IMG/VR virus record: IMGVR_UViG_3300031569_000004
Coordinates: 1 to 60,900 of that record
Direction: 5' to 3' (one strand)
From: a virus
Lineage: Duplodnaviria; Caudoviricetes
DNA: 60,900 nucleotides
The notes below the pieces were generated by a model. That model searched no databases. It was not told the origin of the DNA and was given only the letters and a program-made list of their open reading frames with translations. Numbering within the stretch: the stretch's first letter is position 1; every line of letters begins with the position of its first letter. The translations under genes were made by a program, and so were the position numbers. Below are positions 9,992 through 20,200 of this stretch, in pieces.

Positions 9992-10614
9992 TGCAAATGG
10001 ATTTATACTTTCCAACCCCTGTATGGTGGGAACAAACAGACTTAGACAACACAGAAATGTTAAAGCTATGCTATGAATTACTCGATGCTGATACTGATGG
10101 TAGAAAGTTAAGTAATCAAGGAGGTTGGCAGTCAAAAGATTTTAGACCAGATTTATACGATGTAATGAAACCGTTACATGATAAGATTATGGACCAGGTT
10201 GATAATTGCATACGTGATTACGGATACCATGAAGACTATTGTACACCTTTGATGGAAAACTTTTGGTTTAATATTAATAAGCAAGGCAACACAAATTCAG
10301 TACATATACATGATAACGCTTTTATATCTGGAGTATACTATGTAAAAGCAAGACCCGAGCAAGGTAACATTAATGTTTATAAAAACCATATGCAAGACTT
10401 TATTATTGCATCAGCAGCACCAATGCAGAGTTATACTCCAATTAGTGCATCTTGTATTGCATTTGAACCAGCAGAAAGTAAACTAATAATGTTTCCAGGT
10501 TGGTTGCCACACGGTGTTGACAGAAATACTATTGACGAAGATAGAATAAGTGTATCTTTCAATGTAAAACTAATAAGGACAGATGATGAACGACTTCGGA
10601 CAACGAATACTTAA
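9988..10614 (+). CDS. 2OG-Fe(II) oxygenase (TIGR02466-like)
   Basis: SNQGGWQS, WFNIN..HIH..ISGVYYV..FPGWLPHGV..RISVSFN. Confidence 0.9.
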   Translation: MMQMDLYFPTPVWWEQTDLDNTEMLKLCYELLDADTDGRKLSNQGGWQSKDFRPDLYDVMKPLHDKIMDQVDNCIRDYGYHEDYCTPLMENFWFNINKQGNTNSVHIHDNAFISGVYYVKARPEQGNINVYKNHMQDFIIASAAPMQSYTPISASCIAFEPAESKLIMFPGWLPHGVDRNTIDEDRISVSFNVKLIRTDDERLRTTNT

Positions 10615-11305
10615 CGAAACTAATCTGTTAGTAGATGACAAAGCTCATTACTTTGAAAAGCTACTAGACAATCCTAGTGACCTTGTTACTTGGAATGATA
10701 TAGAACGTTGTGTAAATCAAACAGAGTTGTATAAGTTCGAGTTAATTGATCAAAATAGTACCAAGATAGAAATTCCACAATCTGGTAAAAATTGGATCTA
10801 TGATAAAGCAGTGCAAGACAAACAATTTATTATTGATAGTGTTAACCGAGGACAGGGATTAATTTGTTTAGACTATGGTTTTTACAGTCAAAAAACAATG
10901 GAATTTTTAAGTGTGTTTGAAAACTTGTTTAGTGTACACGCTGCAATACATGTGTACTGCGGTATGAAAGATTCTAAGTCTTTTACAATACATGATGATT
11001 ATCCATGTAACTTTATTATTCAAGCTGAAGGCGAAACACGTTGGAAAGTATATAAAAATAAAATTTCATACTTACATCGAACAGGATTAATGAATAATAA
11101 ACTAAGCGATAAAGATTTAGAAGTTGATATTGATGTAGTATTAAAACCAGGAGATGCATTATACATTCCGTCAAGGCAGTATCATTGTGCATATCCTAAA
11201 GGAAAAAGGATATCGTTAAGTATTCCGTGTTGGCAAAAACTTCCAACAGAACCACGGGAGAATGCAGTAGACAGAAATTATTATAGGATCAACAACAATG
11301 TTTAA
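10583..11305 (+). CDS. JmjC/cupin-4 oxygenase (YcfD/NO66-like fold)
   Basis: SFTIHDDYPCNFIIQAEGETRWKV and LKPGDALYIPSRQYHCA. Confidence 0.8.
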   Translation: MMNDFGQRILNETNLLVDDKAHYFEKLLDNPSDLVTWNDIERCVNQTELYKFELIDQNSTKIEIPQSGKNWIYDKAVQDKQFIIDSVNRGQGLICLDYGFYSQKTMEFLSVFENLFSVHAAIHVYCGMKDSKSFTIHDDYPCNFIIQAEGETRWKVYKNKISYLHRTGLMNNKLSDKDLEVDIDVVLKPGDALYIPSRQYHCAYPKGKRISLSIPCWQKLPTEPRENAVDRNYYRINNNV

Positions 11306-11879
11306 ACCAATTGAAATACCAAATGTAATTGATAGAGAATATCAAAAACAAATACACGATGTAGTAACTGACATAACATTTGATTGGCACTTTATGGAAG
11401 ATACAACATTTGAAAAGAAAGATACTATTAATAAATCTACTCCTTCTTTTGCAAACTTAGTATATCATCCAGATAATAAAGAAAATCCTGGATTAGAGTT
11501 TTTTAAACCGTTGTTAGAAAATACGTGTGCTAAAGCTGGTTTGGAATTAGATACATTGTTACGTATGCGATTAGGATTTTTACTTAATACAAAGTATATG
11601 ATGCCACATGTGAGATATCAATACAATACACCACATGTGGATTTTAATGTAGATCATTATACTGCGTGTTACTATATTAATGAATGCGATGGCGAAACAG
11701 TTATATTTCACGAAACACAAGAATCAGAAAAATATAACGCTATGCATAAAAGTATGCCGGAACAAGGCAAAGTTGTAGTATTCAACGGAAGACATTATCA
11801 TGCAAGTACATGCCCTAAGATGTTTACGAAAAGAATTGTAATGACTATGAACTTTACAGCGAGTAAAATAGATGGATAA
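11298..11879 (+). CDS. 2OG-Fe(II) oxygenase
   Basis: PHVD, YYINECDGETVIF, VVFNGRHYHAS, RIVMTMNF. Confidence 0.85.
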   Translation: MFKPIEIPNVIDREYQKQIHDVVTDITFDWHFMEDTTFEKKDTINKSTPSFANLVYHPDNKENPGLEFFKPLLENTCAKAGLELDTLLRMRLGFLLNTKYMMPHVRYQYNTPHVDFNVDHYTACYYINECDGETVIFHETQESEKYNAMHKSMPEQGKVVVFNGRHYHASTCPKMFTKRIVMTMNFTASKIDG

Positions 11880-12582
11880 AGAGCAATATATTAACGAACT
11901 ATTAGAAAGAGATCAAGTATCATCTTCTCGTATTAGCTCATTAAATCTTAAAGATAGGTTTACATATCCTTATCTTCCAACGATGGTAATTGATAACTTT
12001 TATGAGGAACCTGATCTAGTTCGTGAATATGCTTTAGATTTAGAATTTTATAAAGGAAATAGAGGAAGCTGGCCAGGAGTAAGAACTAAGCTACTTCATG
12101 AGTTTGATCAACAAACATTAGATATATTCGGAAAGAAATTACTAGTGTATCTTAAAGATTATGGATATACAGGGTTTGCCGAATTACAATCAGCATTTCA
12201 TTCTACACCCGAATCGTATACTAGAGGTTGGGTACATGACGACGATCCCAAGTTAAATGTTGCTGGAGTAGTTTATTTAAACAAAGAAGCTGCAATGGGC
12301 ACAGGCACTACTATATACGAAGATAAAAATGATTTTAATAGTAGCAAATACGCTCAAGCATTTATGGAAGATGTACTTGATGTTTCAGCAGAAGAAAAAC
12401 AAAAGTTTAATAAATTACGAGAACAACAAGTAGCAGAATTTAAAAAAACAATAACAATGGAAAGTGTATACAATCGTTGTATTATATTTGATACAAGGAA
12501 TTGGCACAGTCCAGAGAACTTTTATGGCACCACAGTTGAAGATGCAAGACTAACCCAGGTGTTTTTTGCGAGGGCAATATGA
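11872..12582 (+). CDS. 2OG-Fe(II) oxygenase (DUF6445-like)
   Basis: IDNFYEEPD..WPGVRT..WVHDD..AGVVYL..GTGT..YNRCIIFD..WHS..RLTQVFF. Confidence 0.8.
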   Translation: MDKEQYINELLERDQVSSSRISSLNLKDRFTYPYLPTMVIDNFYEEPDLVREYALDLEFYKGNRGSWPGVRTKLLHEFDQQTLDIFGKKLLVYLKDYGYTGFAELQSAFHSTPESYTRGWVHDDDPKLNVAGVVYLNKEAAMGTGTTIYEDKNDFNSSKYAQAFMEDVLDVSAEEKQKFNKLREQQVAEFKKTITMESVYNRCIIFDTRNWHSPENFYGTTVEDARLTQVFFARAI

Positions 12583-13088
12583 TTAAACACATTACACAGC
12601 CTATGAAAGTTATTGACAACTTTTTTGAACAACCTCAATTAGTAGTTAAACATGCTATTAAGCAAGAGTATGTTGATCAAGATAATTCATTGTTTTTAGG
12701 TACACGTTCAACAACTTTAGATATGATTGATATTGATATGTTTGAAGGCTTACTCGGAAAGTTAATTAATCATGTTGTAGGAAAAGACTTGTTTACATTT
12801 TTACATTGTGAATATCAAAAAATAAACAAAGAATCCGTTGATCAAATTAAAGTAATAGGACCTTCGTTTAATATAGCAGGCACTATATTTTTAACAACTG
12901 ATCATATACCCTATAGTGGAATAAAATTTTATGATAGTGTTATGCATAATGAAACTATGTCTGTAGAAAACGTGTTTAATAGATGTGTACTTTGGGATCC
13001 TCGAGTACCTTATAAAATATCAAACTTTACAGACAACACATTAATGCTAACATTTTATGGCACAGCAGTACAGAGGTACCCAGGATGA
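12579..13088 (+). CDS. Degenerate paralogue of the preceding oxygenase lacking iron ligands
   Basis: Keeps IDNFFEQP, GTRS, IAGTIFL, NVFNRCVLWD but has no HxD and Tyr in place of the distal His. Confidence 0.65.
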   Translation: MIKHITQPMKVIDNFFEQPQLVVKHAIKQEYVDQDNSLFLGTRSTTLDMIDIDMFEGLLGKLINHVVGKDLFTFLHCEYQKINKESVDQIKVIGPSFNIAGTIFLTTDHIPYSGIKFYDSVMHNETMSVENVFNRCVLWDPRVPYKISNFTDNTLMLTFYGTAVQRYPG

Positions 13089-13696
13089 ATGACGATATTA
13101 TAGTAATTGACAATGTTATCCCAAAAGATTATTCTGATCATATTAAAAATTTAATGACAGGATGGGAGTTTGGTTGGGTGTTTAATCAAACAATGGTATC
13201 ACCTGATGCAGAACTACAAGGCGAAAGTAATCATGCAGGATTTAATCACTTCTTTTATGAAAACCAACAAGCTGCTAGTCAACACTTTAACTTCTTATAT
13301 CCGCTTGTTTTAAGCGTTACTAGTGCGTCTAAGACGCCGTATAACAGGCTTATACGTATGCGGGCTAACTTGACCCTACCTAATAAAACAAGCACGTTAG
13401 ACCACCATATGCCGCACATAGATAGCTTCTTTGAGCATTGGAATGCAATTTACTATGTCAACGATAGTGACGGTGACACAGTTATCTTTAATGAAACAAA
13501 CGATGATTACGATGCAGGCAAAGATGATATTATGCGTATTCAATCAAATAAGTTTACAGTCAAACAACGCATTGAACCTAAGCAAGGTAGAGTAGTTGTG
13601 TTTCCAGGCAAGTATTATCATAGTAGTAGCTTTGCTAAAGATTCAAATTATAGATGTGTTATTAACATGAATTTAGATAGAGTACAGCTAACATGA
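13085..13696 (+). CDS. 2OG-Fe(II) oxygenase
   Basis: PHID, IYYVNDSDGDTVIF, VVFPGKYYHSS, RCVINMN. Confidence 0.85.
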   Translation: MNDDIIVIDNVIPKDYSDHIKNLMTGWEFGWVFNQTMVSPDAELQGESNHAGFNHFFYENQQAASQHFNFLYPLVLSVTSASKTPYNRLIRMRANLTLPNKTSTLDHHMPHIDSFFEHWNAIYYVNDSDGDTVIFNETNDDYDAGKDDIMRIQSNKFTVKQRIEPKQGRVVVFPGKYYHSSSFAKDSNYRCVINMNLDRVQLT

Positions 13697-14250
13697 GCGA
13701 ATACTACTTACATGAAAGTCAATATATAATTGATAATAAGACTCAGATTTTCGATCATTTAGATAATGCACACAGGAATTTTCATAAACTATTTCCATCT
13801 AGCAACGACTCAACTTGGTCATACAATTTATATAATGTATTTGCATTAACTGCTCCTTCAACAATTTTTCACGGCATCTATAAAGAACTAGGAACATTTG
13901 TTAAAAGTCATTTAGGTAACGAACGCCCATTGTGGATACAAGCGTGGCTGAACTATCATAAGCATGACGAGTGTTTAACACGCCACGGTCATGAATTTGA
14001 TTACCACGGGTACATTAGTATTGACCCAAAGAAAACAAATACTGTTTTTGATAATTGGACAATTGAAAACAAGCCAGGCCAAATATACTTTGGTCCTGGC
14101 AATGCAATGCATGAAGTTCAAGTGTTAGAACCGTATGAAGGATATCGTACAACTATAGGATTTGACGTACACACCATACCAAATAGTCCTTTGTATAGAA
14201 ACTACGAAGAACGTCCGTTTGGAAATATGGGGTTAATGCCATTACTATGA
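13693..14250 (+). CDS. 2OG-Fe(II) oxygenase-like protein
   Basis: AWLNYH..HGH..HGYISI..GQIYFGPGNAMHEV..RTTIGFD. Confidence 0.7.
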   Translation: MSEYYLHESQYIIDNKTQIFDHLDNAHRNFHKLFPSSNDSTWSYNLYNVFALTAPSTIFHGIYKELGTFVKSHLGNERPLWIQAWLNYHKHDECLTRHGHEFDYHGYISIDPKKTNTVFDNWTIENKPGQIYFGPGNAMHEVQVLEPYEGYRTTIGFDVHTIPNSPLYRNYEERPFGNMGLMPLL

Positions 14251-14870
14251 TTGAAGATTATAAAATTATTAAAGGTGCAGTATCAAAAGAACTTTGCGAT
14301 TTTCTAGCATTAGAATATGAAATGATGGAAAAAGTTTGCAACGTATTGTATTCTGGTGCTGACTTGTCTGACCTTTGTGAAAACACTTTTGCAAGATACG
14401 CTCCGTTAATGTTTGAAACATTAATGGTAAAACTAAATCCTTTGGTTGCAAAAGAATGGGGCAGTGAGTTAGTACCAGTATACTCTTATGCTAGAATATA
14501 CTATAAAGGTTCTGAGTTACAAAAACACTTTGATCGTCAAAGTTCAGAAGTATCAGTATCAGTAGCTATATCAAAAGAAGATATTACTTGGCCGTTTTAC
14601 ATTAAAAACAAAGAAGGTACTGTACACGAAATTAATTTAGAGGTTGGTGATATTGTAATTTATAGTGGGCGTAGACACGAACACTGGAGAGATCCATACA
14701 AAGGTAATAAAGTAATTCAAGCATTTTTACAGTATGTCAATCCCACAGGTCCGTATGCACATTTAAAATGGGATACGAAACCTGCACTAGGATTGCCTGC
14801 TGAGTACGTTCGTCAAGAAATAAAAGACGAAGTACAGAGCGTTAAAGATATGCTGGGGTTTAAGCGATAA
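14247..14870 (+). CDS. 2OG-Fe(II) oxygenase
   Basis: YSYARIY..LQKHFDR..EVSVS..GDIVIYSG..HWR..QAFLQY. Confidence 0.8.
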   Translation: MIEDYKIIKGAVSKELCDFLALEYEMMEKVCNVLYSGADLSDLCENTFARYAPLMFETLMVKLNPLVAKEWGSELVPVYSYARIYYKGSELQKHFDRQSSEVSVSVAISKEDITWPFYIKNKEGTVHEINLEVGDIVIYSGRRHEHWRDPYKGNKVIQAFLQYVNPTGPYAHLKWDTKPALGLPAEYVRQEIKDEVQSVKDMLGFKR

Positions 14871-15029
14871 CTAGTCGCTAACTTTTGTAGGCCCAGCAAC
14901 GATTCTAGCTGGTGTGTGACGCTCTTCAAAGATTTTTGATGCTTCTTCTTTGTTTTTTGCTTCACATGTATCTTGAGTAATTGGCGATTTGCCAGCTTCT
15001 ACTCTAATAATCATTTTGTAAGTTGCCAT
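14871..15029 (-). CDS. 52-aa hypothetical protein not in ORF track (MATYKMIIRVEAGKSPITQDTCEAKNKEEASKIFEERHTPARIVAGPTKVSD)
   Basis: Read on minus strand; GGAG RBS (15037-15040), TAAATA box at 15049-15054; fills the gap exactly. Confidence 0.75.
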   Translation of the reverse strand: MATYKMIIRVEAGKSPITQDTCEAKNKEEASKIFEERHTPARIVAGPTKVSD

Positions 15030-15047
15030 AATATAACTCCTATATCT

Positions 15048-16601
15048 TTATTTATCAATATTCTGCACCCATTCGTCGATTGTCCAGAATGGAGCTACAA
15101 GTTCTTTGTAGCGGTTTACGTTAGTATTTAGCACTTGTTTGCCAATATCTAATTTATCTGCAAATGCGTGTGTAAAGTATGTACTATCAAATATATCTAA
15201 TCCTTGGATAACTTGCATCCATGCAGCCGGCGAGTAACCGTTAAAAACTGGCTCAACAGGCGAGTGGCCTTTCCAAAACATTTCCCATTGTTTTAATTTT
15301 TGTTTTAGAGATTCTGGAATACGCTCTTGGTCGTGCATATGACTTAACCAAAAGTCTGTGTCGCTTCGGTTTCCTCTAAAATGTAGTGCAATGAAATCTT
15401 TAATATCGTCATATACAATTGATACTCTATGATTAAATCGTTCTTGGAATGCAGTATGATCCCTTCTATTGGGGTCCCATAAGTCTTGTAATGCAAATAA
15501 ACTTTCACAAATAATCGCAATGCCGTTTGCTTCTAATGGCTCTAAAAACCCACTACTAAGACCAATTGCTATAACATTTTTATTCCAACTTGTATCCATA
15601 ACACTTGGTGTATACGTAAATGATGCAACAGGCTCAATATGATCTCCACATACACTACGTGCTTCTTCTAGTGCTTGATCAGGTGTTAAGTAGTTTGGAT
15701 CAAATATGTATCCGTTTCCTGATCTATGCTGTAAATTAATATTCCAGCGCCATCCGTATTTCATTGCAGTTGCATTGGTAGTTGGTGAATACTTTGGTTC
15801 GTCCCACCACGCAATTACTGACCTATGTGTAAAGTAATTAGAATAATCATGCTCTTTAGTTTTTAGTTTTTTACCAATAAGCAGTCTTGCAAATCCAGAA
15901 CAATCTATAAACCATTCTGCATTAATTTCTCGGTTGTCATCTAACACTAATGATGTTAAGTTACCATTGCTATTTTGTGTTGCATCAACATATGTGCCTT
16001 CTGTTAAATTAATATTACGTTCTAATGCAATAGATTTTAAATATGCTGCTGTTGCTCTACTTTCGTTATGCCACATTGGAATAATAGGCAATTCAGATTT
16101 ACTTGCACCAAACGGAACTTTGTTTTCTTTAATAAAATAATTTGCATAAAACGCATCTGCCAACGGTACATTGTTTCCTAGTAAAGTAGCTTGATACAGA
16201 TCTTTTTGTCTTTCGGCTACCATAATATTTTTTAATTCACCAAGAGATACGTCTTTAACAGTTTTATTAGTGTCAGTCCAACCGTCTAACCAAGGTGCAT
16301 AATCAGTTTGTAAACAATGTATGAACTCACTACCAACACCACTCCAGTCTTTAAAGCTACCACCTAGCTTAGGAGTAGATTTTGTGTGTTTAACAAAGTC
16401 GTCAAAATCAATATCAACATGTTTTAACATTTCAACAAATGTAGTAGTGCCGCTTTCGCCTGCAATGATAGGAGGTTTATTGGGATCTTCTACTACAGTA
16501 ATCTGCATAGATGGAAACTTTTTTCTAACAACTAATGCAGTTAGCCAACCTGCAACGCCGCCGCCAAGTATAACAAGATTAGAGGCTGTATTGGGATTCA
16601 A
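15048..16601 (-). CDS. Flavin-dependent halogenase-family protein 4 (divergent)
   Basis: GGGVAG, AGESGT, STPK, GWRWNIN, FLEPLEANG. Confidence 0.85.
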   Translation of the reverse strand: MNPNTASNLVILGGGVAGWLTALVVRKKFPSMQITVVEDPNKPPIIAGESGTTTFVEMLKHVDIDFDDFVKHTKSTPKLGGSFKDWSGVGSEFIHCLQTDYAPWLDGWTDTNKTVKDVSLGELKNIMVAERQKDLYQATLLGNNVPLADAFYANYFIKENKVPFGASKSELPIIPMWHNESRATAAYLKSIALERNINLTEGTYVDATQNSNGNLTSLVLDDNREINAEWFIDCSGFARLLIGKKLKTKEHDYSNYFTHRSVIAWWDEPKYSPTTNATAMKYGWRWNINLQHRSGNGYIFDPNYLTPDQALEEARSVCGDHIEPVASFTYTPSVMDTSWNKNVIAIGLSSGFLEPLEANGIAIICESLFALQDLWDPNRRDHTAFQERFNHRVSIVYDDIKDFIALHFRGNRSDTDFWLSHMHDQERIPESLKQKLKQWEMFWKGHSPVEPVFNGYSPAAWMQVIQGLDIFDSTYFTHAFADKLDIGKQVLNTNVNRYKELVAPFWTIDEWVQNIDK

Positions 16602-18093
16602 GATATCTCTCCTTTAGTATGTTTAGTGCTTCTCTATGAGTATAAATTGTTCCATGATCAGGACGGTCAGCAGTACCTTCATGAATAACTCTTGAAATCT
16701 GATTGTTGTGTACACTAGCAAAATTAGTGTTCCAAAAAGATTTAATAGATGCATAATCAAACATGTGTAAGCCGTGCATAACTTGTAACCAATTTAAAAA
16801 ACTAAACATTGTCATAGGCTCTGCAAAATAGCTTGGACTTACAAATGTTTGCTTAAAGGTACCAAGAGTATCTTTATTAAAATCAGTTAGTTCAATATTT
16901 TGATTACACCACTTCCAAAACTCGCTGTCGTTTCTTTTAGTAACATAATGAATTTGAATAAAATCAATAATGTTAGTAGCAACTTTATTCATTCTGTTGT
17001 TAAATGTTTTTACTAATGCACTAGATGAATCTTTTCGATAGTATGCAAGTGATCCCACCAACAGAAACGTTTGCTGGATAGTCGATCCAATCGAACTTGC
17101 TTCTAATGGTTCTACAAACATAGCACTAAGACCTAATGACATACAGTTTTTATTCCAAAATTCGTTAACATACCCAGCATTAAATTTTACATCTTTTCCA
17201 ATTTCTAAATTTTTAATACCTAATACGTTTTCGTAGTATTGTGATACTTCGTCATATGCCTGCGTCTTGTTAATAAAGTTATCGCTAAACACATATCCGT
17301 TACCGTATCTATCTTGTGTTGGTATTCTCCAAACCCATCCGCTACTTAATGCAGTTGCTTCTGTCCACGAAGGTATGTCTTCAGTTCTAGCTGTTGGAAA
17401 TGCAATAGCACTATTCATTGGTAATTGATGAGAACAGTCTATCCATTGTTGTCCAAGTTTAGACGAAATTACTCTATTAAAACCACTACAATCTATAAAA
17501 AACTCACTAGTGTGTTTAGTACCTGTAGTATCAAGTAACGATTCTACATTACCTGTATTGTCTAAAATTACATCTTGTATGTCAACATCTAATACTTTAA
17601 TATCTCGATTGTTGCATTCTTTAACAAGAAACTCGTTCAATTTGTGTGTATCAAAATGATACTGTGCTACTGTAGCATGTAATGGTTCAGCATGTAAACT
17701 ATCTTGTGTACGTTTCCATGCAGTGTCTAAAGGGTCCCATTGATCAGCAATCATTTTCATCCACGATACTGGCATTTCATTGCTTGGATCTAATGAACCG
17801 TATGCGTCTGTTAAACTATGAAAATAACTTTTATCATCACCATTCCAGTTAGTAAACTTAATACCAATTTTAAATGTGGCGCCTGTTTCTCTTACAAGCG
17901 TTGGCACATCAATACCGACATGCCCTAAAAAATGTTCCCAGTGTTCAGTTGATCCTTCACCTACACCAATAATTCCAATTTTAGATGAACGCAACAGTGT
18001 AAGGTTAATATGAGGGAAAGATTTTTTAATTATCATTGCAGAAACTAGTCCGCTAGTCCCGCCTCCTAATATTGTTAAAGATTGAATCATCAT
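16579..18093 (-). CDS. Flavin-dependent halogenase-family protein 3
   Basis: GGGTSG, VGEGST, ATFKIGI, GWVWRIP, FVEPLEASS. Confidence 0.9.
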   Translation of the reverse strand: MMIQSLTILGGGTSGLVSAMIIKKSFPHINLTLLRSSKIGIIGVGEGSTEHWEHFLGHVGIDVPTLVRETGATFKIGIKFTNWNGDDKSYFHSLTDAYGSLDPSNEMPVSWMKMIADQWDPLDTAWKRTQDSLHAEPLHATVAQYHFDTHKLNEFLVKECNNRDIKVLDVDIQDVILDNTGNVESLLDTTGTKHTSEFFIDCSGFNRVISSKLGQQWIDCSHQLPMNSAIAFPTARTEDIPSWTEATALSSGWVWRIPTQDRYGNGYVFSDNFINKTQAYDEVSQYYENVLGIKNLEIGKDVKFNAGYVNEFWNKNCMSLGLSAMFVEPLEASSIGSTIQQTFLLVGSLAYYRKDSSSALVKTFNNRMNKVATNIIDFIQIHYVTKRNDSEFWKWCNQNIELTDFNKDTLGTFKQTFVSPSYFAEPMTMFSFLNWLQVMHGLHMFDYASIKSFWNTNFASVHNNQISRVIHEGTADRPDHGTIYTHREALNILKERYLESQYSL

Positions 18094-19583
18094 AGTGAGT
18101 AAGTGATCCCTTTTCCTTTAATACTGTCTACTGCTTGTCTACAAGTAAGCCATGTGCCTCCTGTAGTAGTTTGCGGAAGTTGATCTAATTGTTGTATATC
18201 CTGTGTACGATAATGACTATAACGACTTTCGTACAATTTTTTAATATTTTTTTGATCAAACATTCTTAACCCGTGCATCACTTGAATCCAATTTAAGCAA
18301 TCGTATATTCTAAAACTGCCATGTGTTCCGTCTTCGGGTAACAATACTTGATTAACAAAATTAGTTTTAAACATCTCTATGTTTTCTTTATTAAAGTCTG
18401 TCATAGTAATTTCGTTATTGCACCATTGCCAAAACTTAGTATCATTGCGTTGTGTAAAGTAATGTAACTGAATAAAGTCTAATACATTAGATAAACAATC
18501 GTCAAATGTTTTGTTATATTCTTTAATGGTGCCAGTGTCGTTGCGATCCCAAGTTGCTAAAGAACCTGCTAACGCTCTTGATTGTTGAATAGTAGTTGAA
18601 ATGCTACTTGCTTCTAGCGGCTCAACAAAGTTACTACTAAGCCCAATGCTTACACAATTCTTAATCCAAAACTTATTGACTTTTCCTGATACAAAGTTAA
18701 TTTTTCTACCAATGTTAATTGTATCTGTAAAATGTTTTTGTATTTCGTTAACGGCTTCGTCTTCTGAAATAAATTGATCACTAAACACATATCCATTACC
18801 AAATCTATCTTGTACAGGACTGCGCCAATGCCAACCTGCATCCATTGCCTTAGATAATGTGTAAGGAGGAATTTTTTCTTCGTATGGTGTTTGGAATGCA
18901 ATAGCACTATTCATTGGCAGATACTTAGACCAATCAACCCACTCTGCTCCTAGCTTAGATGCAATAACTCTTTTAAATCCGCTACTGTCAATAAAGAAAT
19001 CTGCATGATGTTTTGCATTAGTTGAGTCAACAACATAATCAACAAATCCGTTTTGATCTAATACAGTATCAACTACTTCGGCATCGATTACTTTAATTCC
19101 AGCTTCAATACACCTCTTTAATAGATATGCATTTAATTTTTCACTATCAAAATGGAACTGATAATAATCTTCAAACGGTGGGCTTAACCATCCTTGCATT
19201 GGCAAGTCCCAATGTAATTCTTCAGTGCTAGTACCATCTGCAATTAAACGCATCAGTGTGTGTGCATCACCAGTATATCCGTCAGTCCATAAATACGGCT
19301 CGGCCAAACTATGATAATAGCTAGTACCATCACCGTGCCAATTTTCAAATTTGATACCAATTTTAATAGTTGCGCCACATTCTTCAAAAAGGTCTTTTAG
19401 CGTTATACCAACTGCTTGTGCAAATCGTTTCCAGTGTTCTGTACTACCTTCACCTACTCCGATTGTGCCAATCTTGTTAGACTTAATAAGTGTAATATCA
19501 ATATTACTAATTGCTGTTTTTTGATATAATGCAGTCATAAGTCCAGCGTTTCCACCACCTAAGACTAGTAAACTTTTTATCAT
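18090..19583 (-). CDS. Flavin-dependent halogenase-family protein 2
   Basis: GGGNAG, VGEGST, ATIKIGI, GWHWRSP, FVEPLEASS. Confidence 0.9.
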   Translation of the reverse strand: MIKSLLVLGGGNAGLMTALYQKTAISNIDITLIKSNKIGTIGVGEGSTEHWKRFAQAVGITLKDLFEECGATIKIGIKFENWHGDGTSYYHSLAEPYLWTDGYTGDAHTLMRLIADGTSTEELHWDLPMQGWLSPPFEDYYQFHFDSEKLNAYLLKRCIEAGIKVIDAEVVDTVLDQNGFVDYVVDSTNAKHHADFFIDSSGFKRVIASKLGAEWVDWSKYLPMNSAIAFQTPYEEKIPPYTLSKAMDAGWHWRSPVQDRFGNGYVFSDQFISEDEAVNEIQKHFTDTINIGRKINFVSGKVNKFWIKNCVSIGLSSNFVEPLEASSISTTIQQSRALAGSLATWDRNDTGTIKEYNKTFDDCLSNVLDFIQLHYFTQRNDTKFWQWCNNEITMTDFNKENIEMFKTNFVNQVLLPEDGTHGSFRIYDCLNWIQVMHGLRMFDQKNIKKLYESRYSHYRTQDIQQLDQLPQTTTGGTWLTCRQAVDSIKGKGITYSL

Positions 19584-20200
19584 ACGCCTTTTTCCTTGTT
19601 ATGCACTTCTATATTTGCAACAGAGTCTGTTGCAAGATTGTAATTAATTGCTCCTGTGGGCATTACATTAAAACTAATAACATATCTGTCTTCGTTTCCA
19701 AAATGCGGTGTTGAACTATGAAACAACCAACTAGGAAATAATACTAACTTCCCAGGAACTGCTTCTATAAAATGGTGCGGAGCGTATTCGTGTCTTAATA
19801 CTTCTAGTTGTGCTTCAGTTCTATGTTTTACTGGATCTTCAAACACAGTAGGGCTTCCGTCAGTTACATAATACACAGCACTAAGAAAACTCATCGAGTG
19901 CCTGTGATAATGTAATCTCATTCCGTCTTGTGGTAATGCTCTATTAAACCAACTACTAGTAATTGCAAATCCTTCGCAATCATATTTTTGATTAATTCTA
20001 ACTTCTTCAATACATTTGTTAATCCAAGAAAATAAAGGTTGCAATCCTTCTTTGTCGTGTAGGTTTCTCATCGAACTTATTGTTTCGCTAGACTTAACGG
20101 CATCTGCATATTTTTCAAGTTCGGGAATTAATAGTTTATTGTCAATCTCGGTATTTTGAAATTCAAACATATCCGTTGGAAATGTAGGAATAATTTTCAT
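19580..20200 (-). CDS. 2OG-Fe(II) oxygenase (TIGR02466-like)
   Basis: SWFN..HRH..LSAVYYV..FEDP..FPSWLFHS..RYVISFN; ATG at 20200 overlaps upstream TAA. Confidence 0.85.
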   Translation of the reverse strand: MKIIPTFPTDMFEFQNTEIDNKLLIPELEKYADAVKSSETISSMRNLHDKEGLQPLFSWINKCIEEVRINQKYDCEGFAITSSWFNRALPQDGMRLHYHRHSMSFLSAVYYVTDGSPTVFEDPVKHRTEAQLEVLRHEYAPHHFIEAVPGKLVLFPSWLFHSSTPHFGNEDRYVISFNVMPTGAINYNLATDSVANIEVHNKEKGV

